Below are positions 19,605-28,827 of a stretch of DNA of 28,827 nucleotides, in pieces; position 1 is the stretch's first letter, and every line of letters starts with the position of its first letter. Under the pieces are notes generated by a model. It was not told the origin of the DNA, did not search any database, and saw nothing but the letters and a program-made list of their open reading frames with translations. Source of the stretch: a virus; the IMG/VR virus record IMGVR_UViG_3300044856_000229, positions 64,001-92,827 of that record; one strand, given 5' to 3'. The translations under genes and the position numbers were made by a program.

Positions 19605-21155
19605 ATGCATACAAGTGTTCAATTAGAAACACCATGCGAAATTATTAATGTTGTTCCACTTAATCCTCTAATCTCTAAATGTCAGATTAAAGTTTGCTAT
19701 GTTGGGGATGACCCAAACCGCAATAATTCTGTCATTACAAAAGAAGTAGCTAGACAGATGGCTAATTCTTTACCAGGAAGTCCAATTGTAGGTTTTTACA
19801 ATGAGGCTTCTGGAGATTTTGAGGAACATAATAGAAGCATTGATATTTCTAATGGGAAAATTGTTGTACGTGATACAACTAGACCTTATGGATTCGTCGA
19901 CTTGAATGCTAGAGTTTGGTTTCAGAAATATCTTGATGATGGTAAATATGAAAGAGAATATTTAGTAACTGAAGGATATTTATGGACTGGACAATACCCT
20001 GAATGTCAACGAATTATTGATAATGGCAATAATGAATCTATGGAATTAGATAATGATAGTTTAGATGGAACTTGGACAAATTCTAATAATGGAAAACCTA
20101 AACTTTTTATTATTAATGAGGCAATAGTATCTAAACTATGCGTTTTAGGTGAAAATTATGAACCGTGTTTTGAAGGTTCTAATATAACACCTACTCATTT
20201 TTCTTTTGATAATGGATTTAAACATAAAATTTATTCCATGATGCAAGAATTAAAAGAATTAAAAACTATTATAAATAATAATAAAGGAGGAACACAAGTG
20301 TTTACTAAATATTCAGTAACAGTTGGCGATAATCTGTGGAATCAACTTTATAGTAATATTGATAATGAAAATTATTCTCTGTCTAATGTATTACTTGAAG
20401 GTAACCAGTTATTTGCTGTTCTTCAAAGTCGTTCTGATGATTCTAAATATTCTCGTATGAACTTTAGTTTAAATGAGGGTAAAGTAGAAAATATGTCTGA
20501 AGTCGAAGAGATGGCAGGATTTGTTCCATTAGCTGAAACTCAGTTTGCACAAGCTGATGTTGAAGCATTTGAAGCTTCTTTTAAGAAGAAAAAAGAAGAA
20601 GACGAGGACAAAAATAAACAAACAAAAGACCCTAATTCTGATAAAAATACAGAAGGAAGTACTTCAAAATCTGATGATAATAAAGATGGTGAAGGTGAAG
20701 GGGATAATAAATCAAATCCAGATGATGATGAAGATGAGAAAAAGAAAAAGAAAGGTAAATATAATCTTGAAGAAATTCCAGAATATGTTGAACTTTCTAA
20801 TAAATATTCCGCACTTCAAACCGATTATGATTCTCTAAAAACTGAAGTTGAAAGTTTAAGAACATTCAAACTTTCAAGCGAAAGAACTCAGAAACAAGAG
20901 ATGATTGATAAATTTTATATGTTATCAGATGAGGATAAAAAAGATGTTACAGATAACATTGATAAATATTCTCTTGATGATATTGAAGCAAAACTTTCTG
21001 TAATTTGTGTTCGTAATAAAGTTAATTTTAACTTAGATGATGAACATAAGGATACTCCACCAACTACATTTAATTTCAATGGTGAAGAATTTGATGACGT
21101 GTCAACTCCAGCCTGGGTAAAAGCAGCAATGGAAGTTGAGAAAGAAATGAAATAA
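19605..21155 (+). CDS. putative scaffolding or prohead protease-scaffold fusion protein
   Basis: 516 aa, between portal and capsid candidates. Central K/E/D low-complexity stretch (KKKKEEDEDKNKQTKD...DDDEDEKKKKKGK) flanked by coiled-coil-like segments. Confidence 0.4.
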   Translation: MHTSVQLETPCEIINVVPLNPLISKCQIKVCYVGDDPNRNNSVITKEVARQMANSLPGSPIVGFYNEASGDFEEHNRSIDISNGKIVVRDTTRPYGFVDLNARVWFQKYLDDGKYEREYLVTEGYLWTGQYPECQRIIDNGNNESMELDNDSLDGTWTNSNNGKPKLFIINEAIVSKLCVLGENYEPCFEGSNITPTHFSFDNGFKHKIYSMMQELKELKTIINNNKGGTQVFTKYSVTVGDNLWNQLYSNIDNENYSLSNVLLEGNQLFAVLQSRSDDSKYSRMNFSLNEGKVENMSEVEEMAGFVPLAETQFAQADVEAFEASFKKKKEEDEDKNKQTKDPNSDKNTEGSTSKSDDNKDGEGEGDNKSNPDDDEDEKKKKKGKYNLEEIPEYVELSNKYSALQTDYDSLKTEVESLRTFKLSSERTQKQEMIDKFYMLSDEDKKDVTDNIDKYSLDDIEAKLSVICVRNKVNFNLDDEHKDTPPTTFNFNGEEFDDVSTPAWVKAAMEVEKEMK

Positions 21156-21175
21156 ATTTTTAAGGAGGATATATA

Positions 21176-21955
21176 ATGCTTAGTGATTTCTTAAAGAAAA
21201 ATATTAAGAGCCAGGCATCATATGTTGAGTATGGTTATGGACAAGTAGAACCAAATCACCTGTCTGCTCAAAGAACCGCACAGATTTATGCTCAACTACC
21301 TGCTGATAGTAAAATTGATGTTCTTGAGCAAGGTCAGTTTGTTAAATATGATTATGCTTCAGGATTAGTTAATTTCACTGGAAAAGGTGAATGGATGCTT
21401 GTATATAATGAAACAAAATTATATAGAGAAAATCAAATTGATTGCGAATTTGCAATGAGAAAGGATGACTATCAGGCACGTATTTATAGCCCATTTGGAT
21501 ATGGAGTAGATAAAGACGGTAATCCAACAGCTAATGGAGATGAAGCTTTTGATAGACAGTCTCGTTATTACAATGGTGTAGATTCTGATGGAAATACTTC
21601 TACAACTATTAATGAAAAGAAATTCAATTATGATGATGTTACAGCAGGTCCAGATATGTATGAACTTCATTACAATGAAGACCCATTCCACATTGTAGGA
21701 CCCTATAAAGAAAAGAAAATGCCAGAAGGCACTACAATGGTACCACGTGTATTTAAAACTAACGTAGGTGACCTTTATACTACTAACACTGTTAATGAAA
21801 CTACACTTGCGGTTGGAGATATTCTGACACCTCAGGCTAAGGATGGTATCCTTGCAAAAGCTGGTGCTGAAGATGCAGATATGCAATGGCAAGTAGTTAA
21901 AGTTTATACAATGCCAGATCACCAAAAAGGTGTTAAGGTAATGCGTATTAAATAA
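21176..21955 (+). CDS. hypothetical head-module protein
   Basis: 259-aa ORF. RBS AAGGAGGatatataATG. Confidence 0.7.
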   Translation: MLSDFLKKNIKSQASYVEYGYGQVEPNHLSAQRTAQIYAQLPADSKIDVLEQGQFVKYDYASGLVNFTGKGEWMLVYNETKLYRENQIDCEFAMRKDDYQARIYSPFGYGVDKDGNPTANGDEAFDRQSRYYNGVDSDGNTSTTINEKKFNYDDVTAGPDMYELHYNEDPFHIVGPYKEKKMPEGTTMVPRVFKTNVGDLYTTNTVNETTLAVGDILTPQAKDGILAKAGAEDADMQWQVVKVYTMPDHQKGVKVMRIK

Positions 21956-21973
21956 TAAGGGGGGAAGAAGATA

Positions 21974-23080
21974 ATGTTAGATAGACAAAATCTAGTTCAG
22001 TTAATGAAAACAGTTGCAAAGGCTGACCCTTCCGCTCCTACAGCTTATAGTTTTGGTGGACAGAGCCTTAGCTATGATGCATTAAATGAAACTCTTCGTA
22101 GAGAGCTTAATGAGTTAGCTGGTACATACGCACTGTATCGTGAAAATAAAAATACAATTTTCTCAATTATTGAGGAAACATTAGATGAAGTTCTTCCAAA
22201 GAAAGTGGTAGAACAATATAATCAGTTTGCAGAAACCCGCACATTTGCACAGGGTGATAGAATTCTTTTCAGACGTAAACTTACTTCTAATAATCGTGCT
22301 AAACAGTTTATTACAAGAGTAGGTCTTGCAGGTATTTACGAAGTATTTAAACTTGGTAAAAATGAAGAGAGTTTTGAAGTTCGTACATCTGCTATCGGTG
22401 GAGCAGCTCAGATTGGATTTGAGGAGTTCCTTGATGGTCGTGTAGACTTCGCTGAAGTAACAAGAATTGTTATGGAAGGTATGGATGAATTAATCTATAA
22501 AGAGGTTGGAGCTGCACTTAAAGCTTCTATTAACCAGTTACCTCCAGCAAATAGAGTTGCCGCAACAGGATTTGACGAAGCAGCTTTTGATAAACTTCTT
22601 ACTATTGCTTCTGCTTATGGAACACCAACAATTTATTGTACATATGAATTTGCGGTTAACATGATTCCTAAAGAAGCTTGGAGATATACAGAAGCTATGA
22701 AAGATGAACTGTGGAGAACAGGACGTCTTGCTTCTTATAAAGGTCATAAAGTTATCATCCTTGAGCAAGGATTTGAAGATGAAACAAACAGCCGTAAGGT
22801 AATTGACCCAGGATATGCTTGGATTATTCCTAGTGGTGCTGATGGAAAACCTGTTAAAATTGCATTTGAAGGAAATACTATTGTTGATGAGTATACAAAT
22901 GCAGACCGTTCTAGAGAGATTCAGGTTTATAAGAAAGTCGGAGTCGTTTGTATGTTAACAAATGATATTTGTGCTTATGTAGACACTTCTCTGATGGGAC
23001 AGATGGATACATGGAAACTTGATGGTATCACAGGTAAAGTTATTACATTAGATGGCCGCAAAGACGGTACAATCGCGTAA
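21974..23080 (+). CDS. putative major capsid protein
   Basis: 368 aa. Strong RBS AAGGGGGGAAGaagataATG. Locally higher GC and codon bias typical of a highly expressed gene. Followed at once by strong terminator 23111-23152. Confidence 0.45.
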   Translation: MLDRQNLVQLMKTVAKADPSAPTAYSFGGQSLSYDALNETLRRELNELAGTYALYRENKNTIFSIIEETLDEVLPKKVVEQYNQFAETRTFAQGDRILFRRKLTSNNRAKQFITRVGLAGIYEVFKLGKNEESFEVRTSAIGGAAQIGFEEFLDGRVDFAEVTRIVMEGMDELIYKEVGAALKASINQLPPANRVAATGFDEAAFDKLLTIASAYGTPTIYCTYEFAVNMIPKEAWRYTEAMKDELWRTGRLASYKGHKVIILEQGFEDETNSRKVIDPGYAWIIPSGADGKPVKIAFEGNTIVDEYTNADRSREIQVYKKVGVVCMLTNDICAYVDTSLMGQMDTWKLDGITGKVITLDGRKDGTIA

Positions 23081-23110
23081 TCTATACTCGGTAATTTAAT
23101 ATAAAAAACT

Positions 23111-23152
23111 GGGGGAGAGGGAGAAGCTTCCCTCTCCCCTTATTTTTATTTG
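23111..23152 (+). terminator. rho-independent terminator (GGGGAGAGGGA-gaagct-TCCCTCTCCCC + TTATTTTTATTT)
   Basis: Perfect 11-bp G/C-rich stem with a T-run. Confidence 0.8.
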
Positions 23153-23174
23153 AGATAAAGGAGATATAATATAT

Positions 23175-23756
23175 ATGGAAAGTTCAAAAATTCTTAAAGT
23201 TAAAAATAGAAGTGCAAGTTTAGCTGTATATTCAATTCCGGAGATTAATATTCGTAGAGAATTTGCTCCTGGAGAAACAAAAAATATTACATATGGTGAA
23301 TTAGAGAAGCTCTCTTATCAGCCAGGTGGTAGAACTATTATGCAGAATTTCTTGCAGATTATTGACCCAGAAGCTACAGGCGATTTAGGTATTAATCGTG
23401 AACCAGAGTATGATTTAAGTGAACAGCAAATTGTTGATTTAATGACTAAGGGTTCTTTAGATGCTTTTCTTGATTGTCTTGATTTTGCACCTGTTGGTGT
23501 AATTGATTTAATTAAGAAATTCTCAGTTTCTCTTCCTTTAAATGATATTGACAAGAGAGATGCTCTTAAAAAGAAAACAGGTTTTGATGTAACAGTAGCT
23601 CTTGCTAATATGCAAAAAGAAAAAGAAGATATGGACACACCAGCTGTAGAAAACAAAGAGCGTCGTGTAAAAACTGAATCTGCTCCAGAAGGACGTAGAA
23701 CAACACCTAAATATAATGTAGTACAGCCTACAGCAACAGCAAAATTAGATAAATAA
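23175..23756 (+). CDS. hypothetical structural protein
   Basis: 193-aa ORF. RBS AAAGGAGatataatatatATG. Confidence 0.7.
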   Translation: MESSKILKVKNRSASLAVYSIPEINIRREFAPGETKNITYGELEKLSYQPGGRTIMQNFLQIIDPEATGDLGINREPEYDLSEQQIVDLMTKGSLDAFLDCLDFAPVGVIDLIKKFSVSLPLNDIDKRDALKKKTGFDVTVALANMQKEKEDMDTPAVENKERRVKTESAPEGRRTTPKYNVVQPTATAKLDK

Positions 23757-23771
23757 TCAGGGGGATTATAT

Positions 23772-24389
23772 ATGGGAGAACAGAGAAAAGGTACACTTTT
23801 TTCTGCTGTTTATAATCGTTTTCTTGGTAAAATTACAGACGATATGTATATAGAATTAACCCCAGAAGACACCATTAAGGATTTGCAAAATCTTTTAATT
23901 GATGCAATTCCTGGTTTTGAATTTCCTAGACAAGATATCTCTAACTATACTACACAAGTAGTACAAATTAAAGAAGATGAAGTCCTTGATGGGGATTTTA
24001 TAATTGGTGTTGTATGGGATGATTTAGAAGAAAATATCGTCGAAACTCCAGACGTATTAGTTGACCGCTCTTGCTTTGCCGCAAATCTTACTTCTGAAGA
24101 AATTAATATATTAGCTTTATTAATGAAACAAAGTTGGGTTCAAAGGCAAGTTAATTCAATAGAAAATACCAGAATGAAATATTATGGAAGTGATTTTAAA
24201 ATGACTTCTCAAGCAAATCATTTGTCTAAATTGATGAATTTACTTGAAACCGCAAAGACAGAGTCCTTTCATATGCAACGTTTATATAAACGTAGAAGAT
24301 TGGATGATAAAGGTTATTATCATTCTAACTGGACTGTGCTGCGAGAAAGGAGTGCTTTAGATGCCAATGGGTACTATCCTCCTAGATAA
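23772..24389 (+). CDS. hypothetical structural protein (possible head-tail connector)
   Basis: 205-aa ORF. RBS AGGGGGattatatATG. Confidence 0.65.
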   Translation: MGEQRKGTLFSAVYNRFLGKITDDMYIELTPEDTIKDLQNLLIDAIPGFEFPRQDISNYTTQVVQIKEDEVLDGDFIIGVVWDDLEENIVETPDVLVDRSCFAANLTSEEINILALLMKQSWVQRQVNSIENTRMKYYGSDFKMTSQANHLSKLMNLLETAKTESFHMQRLYKRRRLDDKGYYHSNWTVLRERSALDANGYYPPR

Positions 24390-24672
24390 ATATAATATTG
24401 GTTTTTCTAATGAAGATATAGCTAAAAATGTTCAACGCTTAACTAATCAATTATGGAAATTAATTCCAATGCGTGAACATAAAGAAGATTGGTCAAAACA
24501 ACTTGATACTGTTATTATAGAAATTACTGGGCTTAATGAAATTTTCATTGGGCCTACTTTTTTACAACTACTTAGTAAATTAGAGGGCTTGCGAGTTAAA
24601 GATACTACATTTGAGCTATACCGTAAGACTATATTTGAATGTATAAGCCTTTTACAGGAGCTAAACGGATGA
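24361..24672 (+). CDS. hypothetical structural protein
   Basis: 103 aa. RBS GAAAGGAGtgctttagATG. Overlaps the upstream gene by 29 nt. Confidence 0.6.
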   Translation: MPMGTILLDKYNIGFSNEDIAKNVQRLTNQLWKLIPMREHKEDWSKQLDTVIIEITGLNEIFIGPTFLQLLSKLEGLRVKDTTFELYRKTIFECISLLQELNG

Positions 24673-25793
24673 CACGTTATAAAGAAGATAGCAACCCCTC
24701 TTTAAATTTAATGCTAAGACGTTTAGGAGTTTTTAATGATTCAAAGCCAACCAGCGCTCCTTTAGAACGCCCTAATCCATTAAAAATGCGGGCGAAAGAT
24801 AATATTGAAGGTGTAGCTAATATTGCTGGTCGAATGAAAGTAAATGGCGGTTATTGTCAGCAAGAAAGAATGATTTTTGATAAACGCCGCACTTTAGAAA
24901 GGGCTTTATTATATTCTTATCAAAGTGCGAATGTTAAAAAATTGACTCAAGACTTGTCTGATTTAAAAGAAGAGGGAATAGTTGAAACTAGAGTTTTAAT
25001 TAATCCTGATAAAACAAAACAAAGTTATGATGATAAAATAATATCTGGATATTATGAAGATGGATGGAAACCTGGAGATGTATTTGAATGGACAGGTACT
25101 CAGACTCATTGGCTAATATATTTACAAGATACAACTGAATTAGCTTATTTTAGAGGAAGTATAAGACGTTGTAGTTATACAGTTAATTGGGAAGATGAGG
25201 ATGGATTACATTCTAGTTATATGGCAGTTCAAGGTCCAGTAGAAACTAGAATTGATTATGTTCAAAAACATGAAATTAGTATTGATAAACCAAATTTTTC
25301 ACTTGACATATTAATGCCTGCAAATGAAGCTACAGTTAAATATTTTCGTCGATATGCAAAATTCTATTTAAAAGGATTGATTAAGGGTTCACCTGACATT
25401 TGTTGGAGAACAGAAGCTGTAGATTGGATTAGTACTCCTGGAATAATAAGAATTCATGCAGTTGAATACTATATCAATAAAGAAGAAGATGATATAGAAA
25501 AAGGATTAGTTGGAAGTTTAATAACTAAACCAGAAAATCCAAATTCAAATAATGTTGAACAAATGATTGAAGGACCATCCTTTATTAAACCAAAACTTGA
25601 ATATGAGTTTACTTGGACAGGTATTTCTGGAAAGCAATGGTCTGTTGATAAAAGAAAATATCCAGTTAAATTAGTAATAGATGATGAAGACCCTAAGAAG
25701 TGTAAAATTAAATGGATTGCTCCTGTAAGTGGTCAGTTTGAACTTATTTGCGGCAACATAACTAAAACTATTATAGTAGAGTCTTTATTTTAA
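24669..25793 (+). CDS. hypothetical structural protein
   Basis: The ATG at 24669 has RBS AGGAGctaaacggATG and an ATGA overlap with the upstream stop. The ORF-track start at 24639 has no RBS. Confidence 0.6.
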   Translation: MTRYKEDSNPSLNLMLRRLGVFNDSKPTSAPLERPNPLKMRAKDNIEGVANIAGRMKVNGGYCQQERMIFDKRRTLERALLYSYQSANVKKLTQDLSDLKEEGIVETRVLINPDKTKQSYDDKIISGYYEDGWKPGDVFEWTGTQTHWLIYLQDTTELAYFRGSIRRCSYTVNWEDEDGLHSSYMAVQGPVETRIDYVQKHEISIDKPNFSLDILMPANEATVKYFRRYAKFYLKGLIKGSPDICWRTEAVDWISTPGIIRIHAVEYYINKEEDDIEKGLVGSLITKPENPNSNNVEQMIEGPSFIKPKLEYEFTWTGISGKQWSVDKRKYPVKLVIDDEDPKKCKIKWIAPVSGQFELICGNITKTIIVESLF

Positions 25794-25814
25794 GAGTTAA
25801 AGGAGATTTGGTTG

Positions 25815-26396
25815 ATGAAAGTAGAAAATTATAAACCGACTAAATCAAGTTTTTTATCTATTGAAAAAGATATGTCTATAATTATAGATAGTATTTTTTC
25901 TAATAAAACTTTATTAAAGTTACTTTATTATGCATCTAAAGATGCTCTTGAAAGACCAGCTTTAACTGAAGAACAGAAATTAGAAATGGTAGATAAGAAT
26001 ATAAAAATTAGACCAAAAGTCTATGTTGATAATGATGTAAAAACTTATATAATAATTAGAATTAGAAATTTTGTTCCTAGTTCAAATCCAGAATATCGAA
26101 GCTGTATAATTGAATTTGATATTTGCTGTCATATGGAACAATGGGCTATGAAAGATTTTAAATTACGTCCTTATAGAATTGCCGCAGAATTAGATTCAAT
26201 GTTCACGGATAAGCATTTATCTGGAATAGGAACTTTAGATTTTGCGGGAACTAGTGATTTAAACCTGACAGATGAATATTGCGGTTTATGCTTACAATTT
26301 TTAGCTTATCATGGAGATGAAGATAAAAATAATGTACAACCAAAAGAAAATCCAGCTCATGTACAAGATTTTAAAGATGTTATAGAGGATTATTAA
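25815..26396 (+). CDS. hypothetical structural protein
   Basis: ATG 9 nt after AAAGGAG. The ORF-track first codon at 25812 is TTG. Confidence 0.65.
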   Translation: MKVENYKPTKSSFLSIEKDMSIIIDSIFSNKTLLKLLYYASKDALERPALTEEQKLEMVDKNIKIRPKVYVDNDVKTYIIIRIRNFVPSSNPEYRSCIIEFDICCHMEQWAMKDFKLRPYRIAAELDSMFTDKHLSGIGTLDFAGTSDLNLTDEYCGLCLQFLAYHGDEDKNNVQPKENPAHVQDFKDVIEDY

Positions 26397-26397
26397 T

Positions 26398-27123
26398 ATG
26401 GATTTACGTCTAGCACTTATGTCTGGAATTGACATACCGGTGCCGGAATGCCAAGTTATTTTACATCAACCGACTATAAAAGAAATTGCTTTTATAGGAA
26501 ATGAAGATTTTTTCATTGGTGTTCAAACACTTTGTCTTTATAAAAGCATGTTTGTAGAGGACAAAAAAGTTCTAGAAGAAATAAATAACTTTCAGATATT
26601 TATGACAGTAATGAATGATAAAGAGTGCGCTGATAAAAAACATGATGTTATGCAAATCTTAACATTATTGTTTCCTGGGGCGCAAATATTATTCACTCCA
26701 CGTTCTTTAGTAATTAATGGTTTACCTTCTGGAAGCGTTACTATAGATGGTAATAATTTTGAGTTTTTACAAGAAGCTTTAAGATTAATATTTTGTAGTA
26801 AAACTGGTCCAATGGACCAACAGGCTTTCAACCCAGCCGATGATAAAGCTAGAGAAATAGCTCAAAAGCTAATGCGTGGTCGTCAACGTGTTGCCGCACA
26901 AAAGGGAGAATCAAATTCTTGTGTATTTACGCAATATATCTCTATTTTGACTGTTGCATTAAGAATACCTCCACAAGAATTATTAAATTGTACAATGTAT
27001 CAATTATATGATTTAATGGAAAGATATTCTTTATATAATGCATGGGATTTAGATGTGCGGGTAAGGCTTGCCGGAGGCAAACCAGATTCTCAACCCGACA
27101 ATTGGATGAAAAATATCCATTGA
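26398..27123 (+). CDS. hypothetical structural protein
   Basis: 241-aa ORF. RBS AGAGGAttattaatATG. Confidence 0.65.
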   Translation: MDLRLALMSGIDIPVPECQVILHQPTIKEIAFIGNEDFFIGVQTLCLYKSMFVEDKKVLEEINNFQIFMTVMNDKECADKKHDVMQILTLLFPGAQILFTPRSLVINGLPSGSVTIDGNNFEFLQEALRLIFCSKTGPMDQQAFNPADDKAREIAQKLMRGRQRVAAQKGESNSCVFTQYISILTVALRIPPQELLNCTMYQLYDLMERYSLYNAWDLDVRVRLAGGKPDSQPDNWMKNIH

Positions 27124-27198
27124 ACAAGTTATTTATTTATTTCTTTTAAATAAATAATTTATTTTATATTTATGAAATTTATAAGGAGGAAATAGCTT

Positions 27199-28200
27199 AT
27201 GCGATTCGGTGTCCGCGAAATTTGTGATGTTGTATTAAAGGCTAAATCAGCACAAAAAATCGGTAACAAAATCTTTTATGCTAACGAGCCTGTAATTTAT
27301 TTTGATACACTGAAAACTTCTAGCCTTGAAGGCGCAGCTACTACAGTATATGCGCAAGGTGGTAGAGGTAATGCTCGTTTAGTAGCGTGGGAAGGTGAAA
27401 GAACAGTAACCTTCACAATGGAAGATGCTCTTATCTCTCCAGAAGGATTCATGATTCTTTCTGGTGCAGGACTTATTAATTCTTCTGAGAAGAAACCTAT
27501 TTATCAGCATGTTACAGAAACTATTGATGCTACAATGGTTAAAATTTCTGGTGAAGATGAAGAATTGGAATATCAGATTGAACTTAGTAAGAAACCTTAT
27601 CTTCCAGCAGATAAAAATGACAACTTTGCTTATGTAATGTTTATGAAGAATGGTGAAATTGTATCTGAGCCATATATTCCAATGCATGAGGAAGCTGACA
27701 AAAATGATGATGGTTACTATATACTTAGAGTAAAAGCCCATAAAGCATATAGTGGTGTAGCTGCAGGAGAGGAAAATACTCATCAATATACACTTGATAA
27801 AACTTCTTGGAATGCTACTACATTTGATAGTGTATTAGTAGATTACTATGTAGAGCATGCAGGTTCTGATGCACAGCAGATTGAAATTACCGCAGATAAA
27901 TTTGGTGGTAACTATTACCTTGAAGCTTCTACATTATTCCGTGATACTAATGGTGTAGATATGCCTGCTGAATTTATTATTCCTAACTGCAAGATTCAGT
28001 CTAACTTTACATTTACAATGGCATCTTCTGGAGATCCAAGTACATTTACATTTACTATGGATGCATTTCCAGACTATACAAGATTTGACCACAGTAAGAA
28101 AGTTCTTGCTGCAATTCAGATTATTAAAGATGCAGGAAGTCAAGATTTACATCGTCATAGCACTGCTCATGAAGCAGCTCATGATTCATTATCTTGGTAA
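27199..28200 (+). CDS. putative major tail protein
   Basis: 333 aa. Strong RBS AAGGAGGaaatagcttATG after a 75-bp AT-rich intergenic region. Followed by strong terminator 28217-28250. Codon usage looks like a high-expression gene. Confidence 0.4.
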   Translation: MRFGVREICDVVLKAKSAQKIGNKIFYANEPVIYFDTLKTSSLEGAATTVYAQGGRGNARLVAWEGERTVTFTMEDALISPEGFMILSGAGLINSSEKKPIYQHVTETIDATMVKISGEDEELEYQIELSKKPYLPADKNDNFAYVMFMKNGEIVSEPYIPMHEEADKNDDGYYILRVKAHKAYSGVAAGEENTHQYTLDKTSWNATTFDSVLVDYYVEHAGSDAQQIEITADKFGGNYYLEASTLFRDTNGVDMPAEFIIPNCKIQSNFTFTMASSGDPSTFTFTMDAFPDYTRFDHSKKVLAAIQIIKDAGSQDLHRHSTAHEAAHDSLSW

Positions 28201-28216
28201 TTAAACAATGATTTTT

Positions 28217-28250
28217 AGGGGAGAGATTTTATATCTCTCCCCTAATTTTG
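28217..28250 (+). terminator. rho-independent terminator (AGGGGAGAGAT-tttat-ATCTCTCCCCT + AATTTTG)
   Basis: Perfect 11-bp stem. Related in sequence to the terminator after the capsid gene. Confidence 0.75.
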
Positions 28251-28269
28251 CGTTAAAGGAGAATTTATA

Positions 28270-28827
28270 TGGCGGAAATAAGCTTTGATGAATATTTTAA
28301 TTTTCCAGATACTTATAAACAATATTTATTAGATACTACAACAACAGTTAAAGAGAAAATTTCATCTTTAAATAGAGTTAATCCTAATGAATATACGAAG
28401 TTAGAAAATTATTTAAACAGTGTTTTTTATCCATCAGAAGATAATGCTGATGGAATAGCTTATAGTAAACAATTTATGGATAGATTACGGTCTTTATATG
28501 AGGCAAAAACTGATAAAATCATTACGAGTGATATTGGCGATTTAACATATGAAGCTTTAAATAAAAAGCCTACTTTAGATAGAAGTGTTAATGTACACAG
28601 AGCTTCTTTAAGAACTATGAAAAACCAATATGATGCAATAGTTAATGTAATTAATAATTTAGCCGATACAGAAAATGCTAAAGAAATTCAGGCGGTTTTG
28701 GATGAAGTTAATAAACAATATGGTAATGTTTTAGCTACTATAGAAGATGTATTAAAAACTTATGAAGATGAAGGAGAAACCACCCAAATTGGTAAAGGTA
28801 TAGTTAAAAAACATGGTGGAAATTTTG
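28270..28827 (+). CDS. hypothetical tail-module protein (partial, 3' end outside window)
   Basis: RBS AAAGGAGaatttatATG. The ORF is open to the window end. Confidence 0.6.

Noticed and set aside
16492-27786. Minus-strand and alternative-frame ORFs inside right-arm genes (16492..16758, 16611..16814, 17692..17880, 18395..18607, 20545..20838, 21419..21925, 22538..22768, 23318..23656, 26592..26831, 26942..27127, 27379..27786, 27934..28143)
   Set aside because: They are embedded in long rightward genes that have strong RBSs. They have no RBS, and their products are Cys/Phe-rich or lysine runs. The 20545..20838 ORF is the alternative frame of the K/E/D low-complexity region.
1-28827. CRISPR arrays or rRNA
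   Set aside because: No regularly spaced direct repeats of 24-40 bp with unique spacers. The repeated elements are promoters and terminators with variable spacing. No rRNA-like conserved segments.

Overview
A 28.8 kb, low-GC (roughly 30%) window that reads as part of a lytic phage genome from a Firmicutes-type host. The host call rests on consensus sigmaA promoters, strong AGGAGG-type ribosome binding sites, frequent TTG/GTG starts, and an AbrB-like regulator. Two divergent arms meet at a back-to-back promoter pair near 13,386-13,448.

Left arm (1-13,400). All genes run leftward: about 35 mostly small genes, many of them individual transcription units. I found more than 25 near-consensus TTGACA-17-TATAAT/TATACT promoters here. 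They fall into sequence families, several carry the -35 hexamer inside a terminator-like hairpin, and three copies share an identical 29-bp promoter/5'UTR/RBS cassette. The layout resembles the host-takeover early modules of SPO1-like phages. Recognisable products:
- a DnaQ-like DEDDh 3'-5' exonuclease
- two divergent paralogous HAD-family 5'(3')-deoxyribonucleotidases (NT5C-like)
- a Thg1-like 3'-5' nucleotidyltransferase, translationally coupled to a small Rossmann/SLOG-like protein
- an AbrB/SpoVT/MazE-fold DNA-binding protein
- several Cys-rich or zinc-ribbon proteins and membrane proteins
- at least seven unannotated ORFs under 60 aa with strong ribosome binding sites

Four rightward extended -10 promoters sit in the left arm, pointing against the genes. 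Each has a conserved GTGCA-N9-TTGACA upstream element and fires a short non-coding transcript into a bidirectional terminator shared with the convergent leftward gene. A TTTTGTGCAA motif recurs around these promoters and terminators.

Right arm (13,472 to the end). A rightward morphogenesis module:
- two zinc-ribbon proteins
- a putative terminase large subunit
- a DUF559/Vsr-like PD-(D/E)xK endonuclease between terminase and portal, a typical homing-endonuclease position
- a putative portal
- a scaffold-like protein with K/E/D low complexity
- a putative major capsid protein and a putative major tail protein, each followed by a strong terminator
- the partial start of a further gene

No rRNA, tRNA or CRISPR array was found. 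Every functional call rests on motifs read by eye, with no database search.
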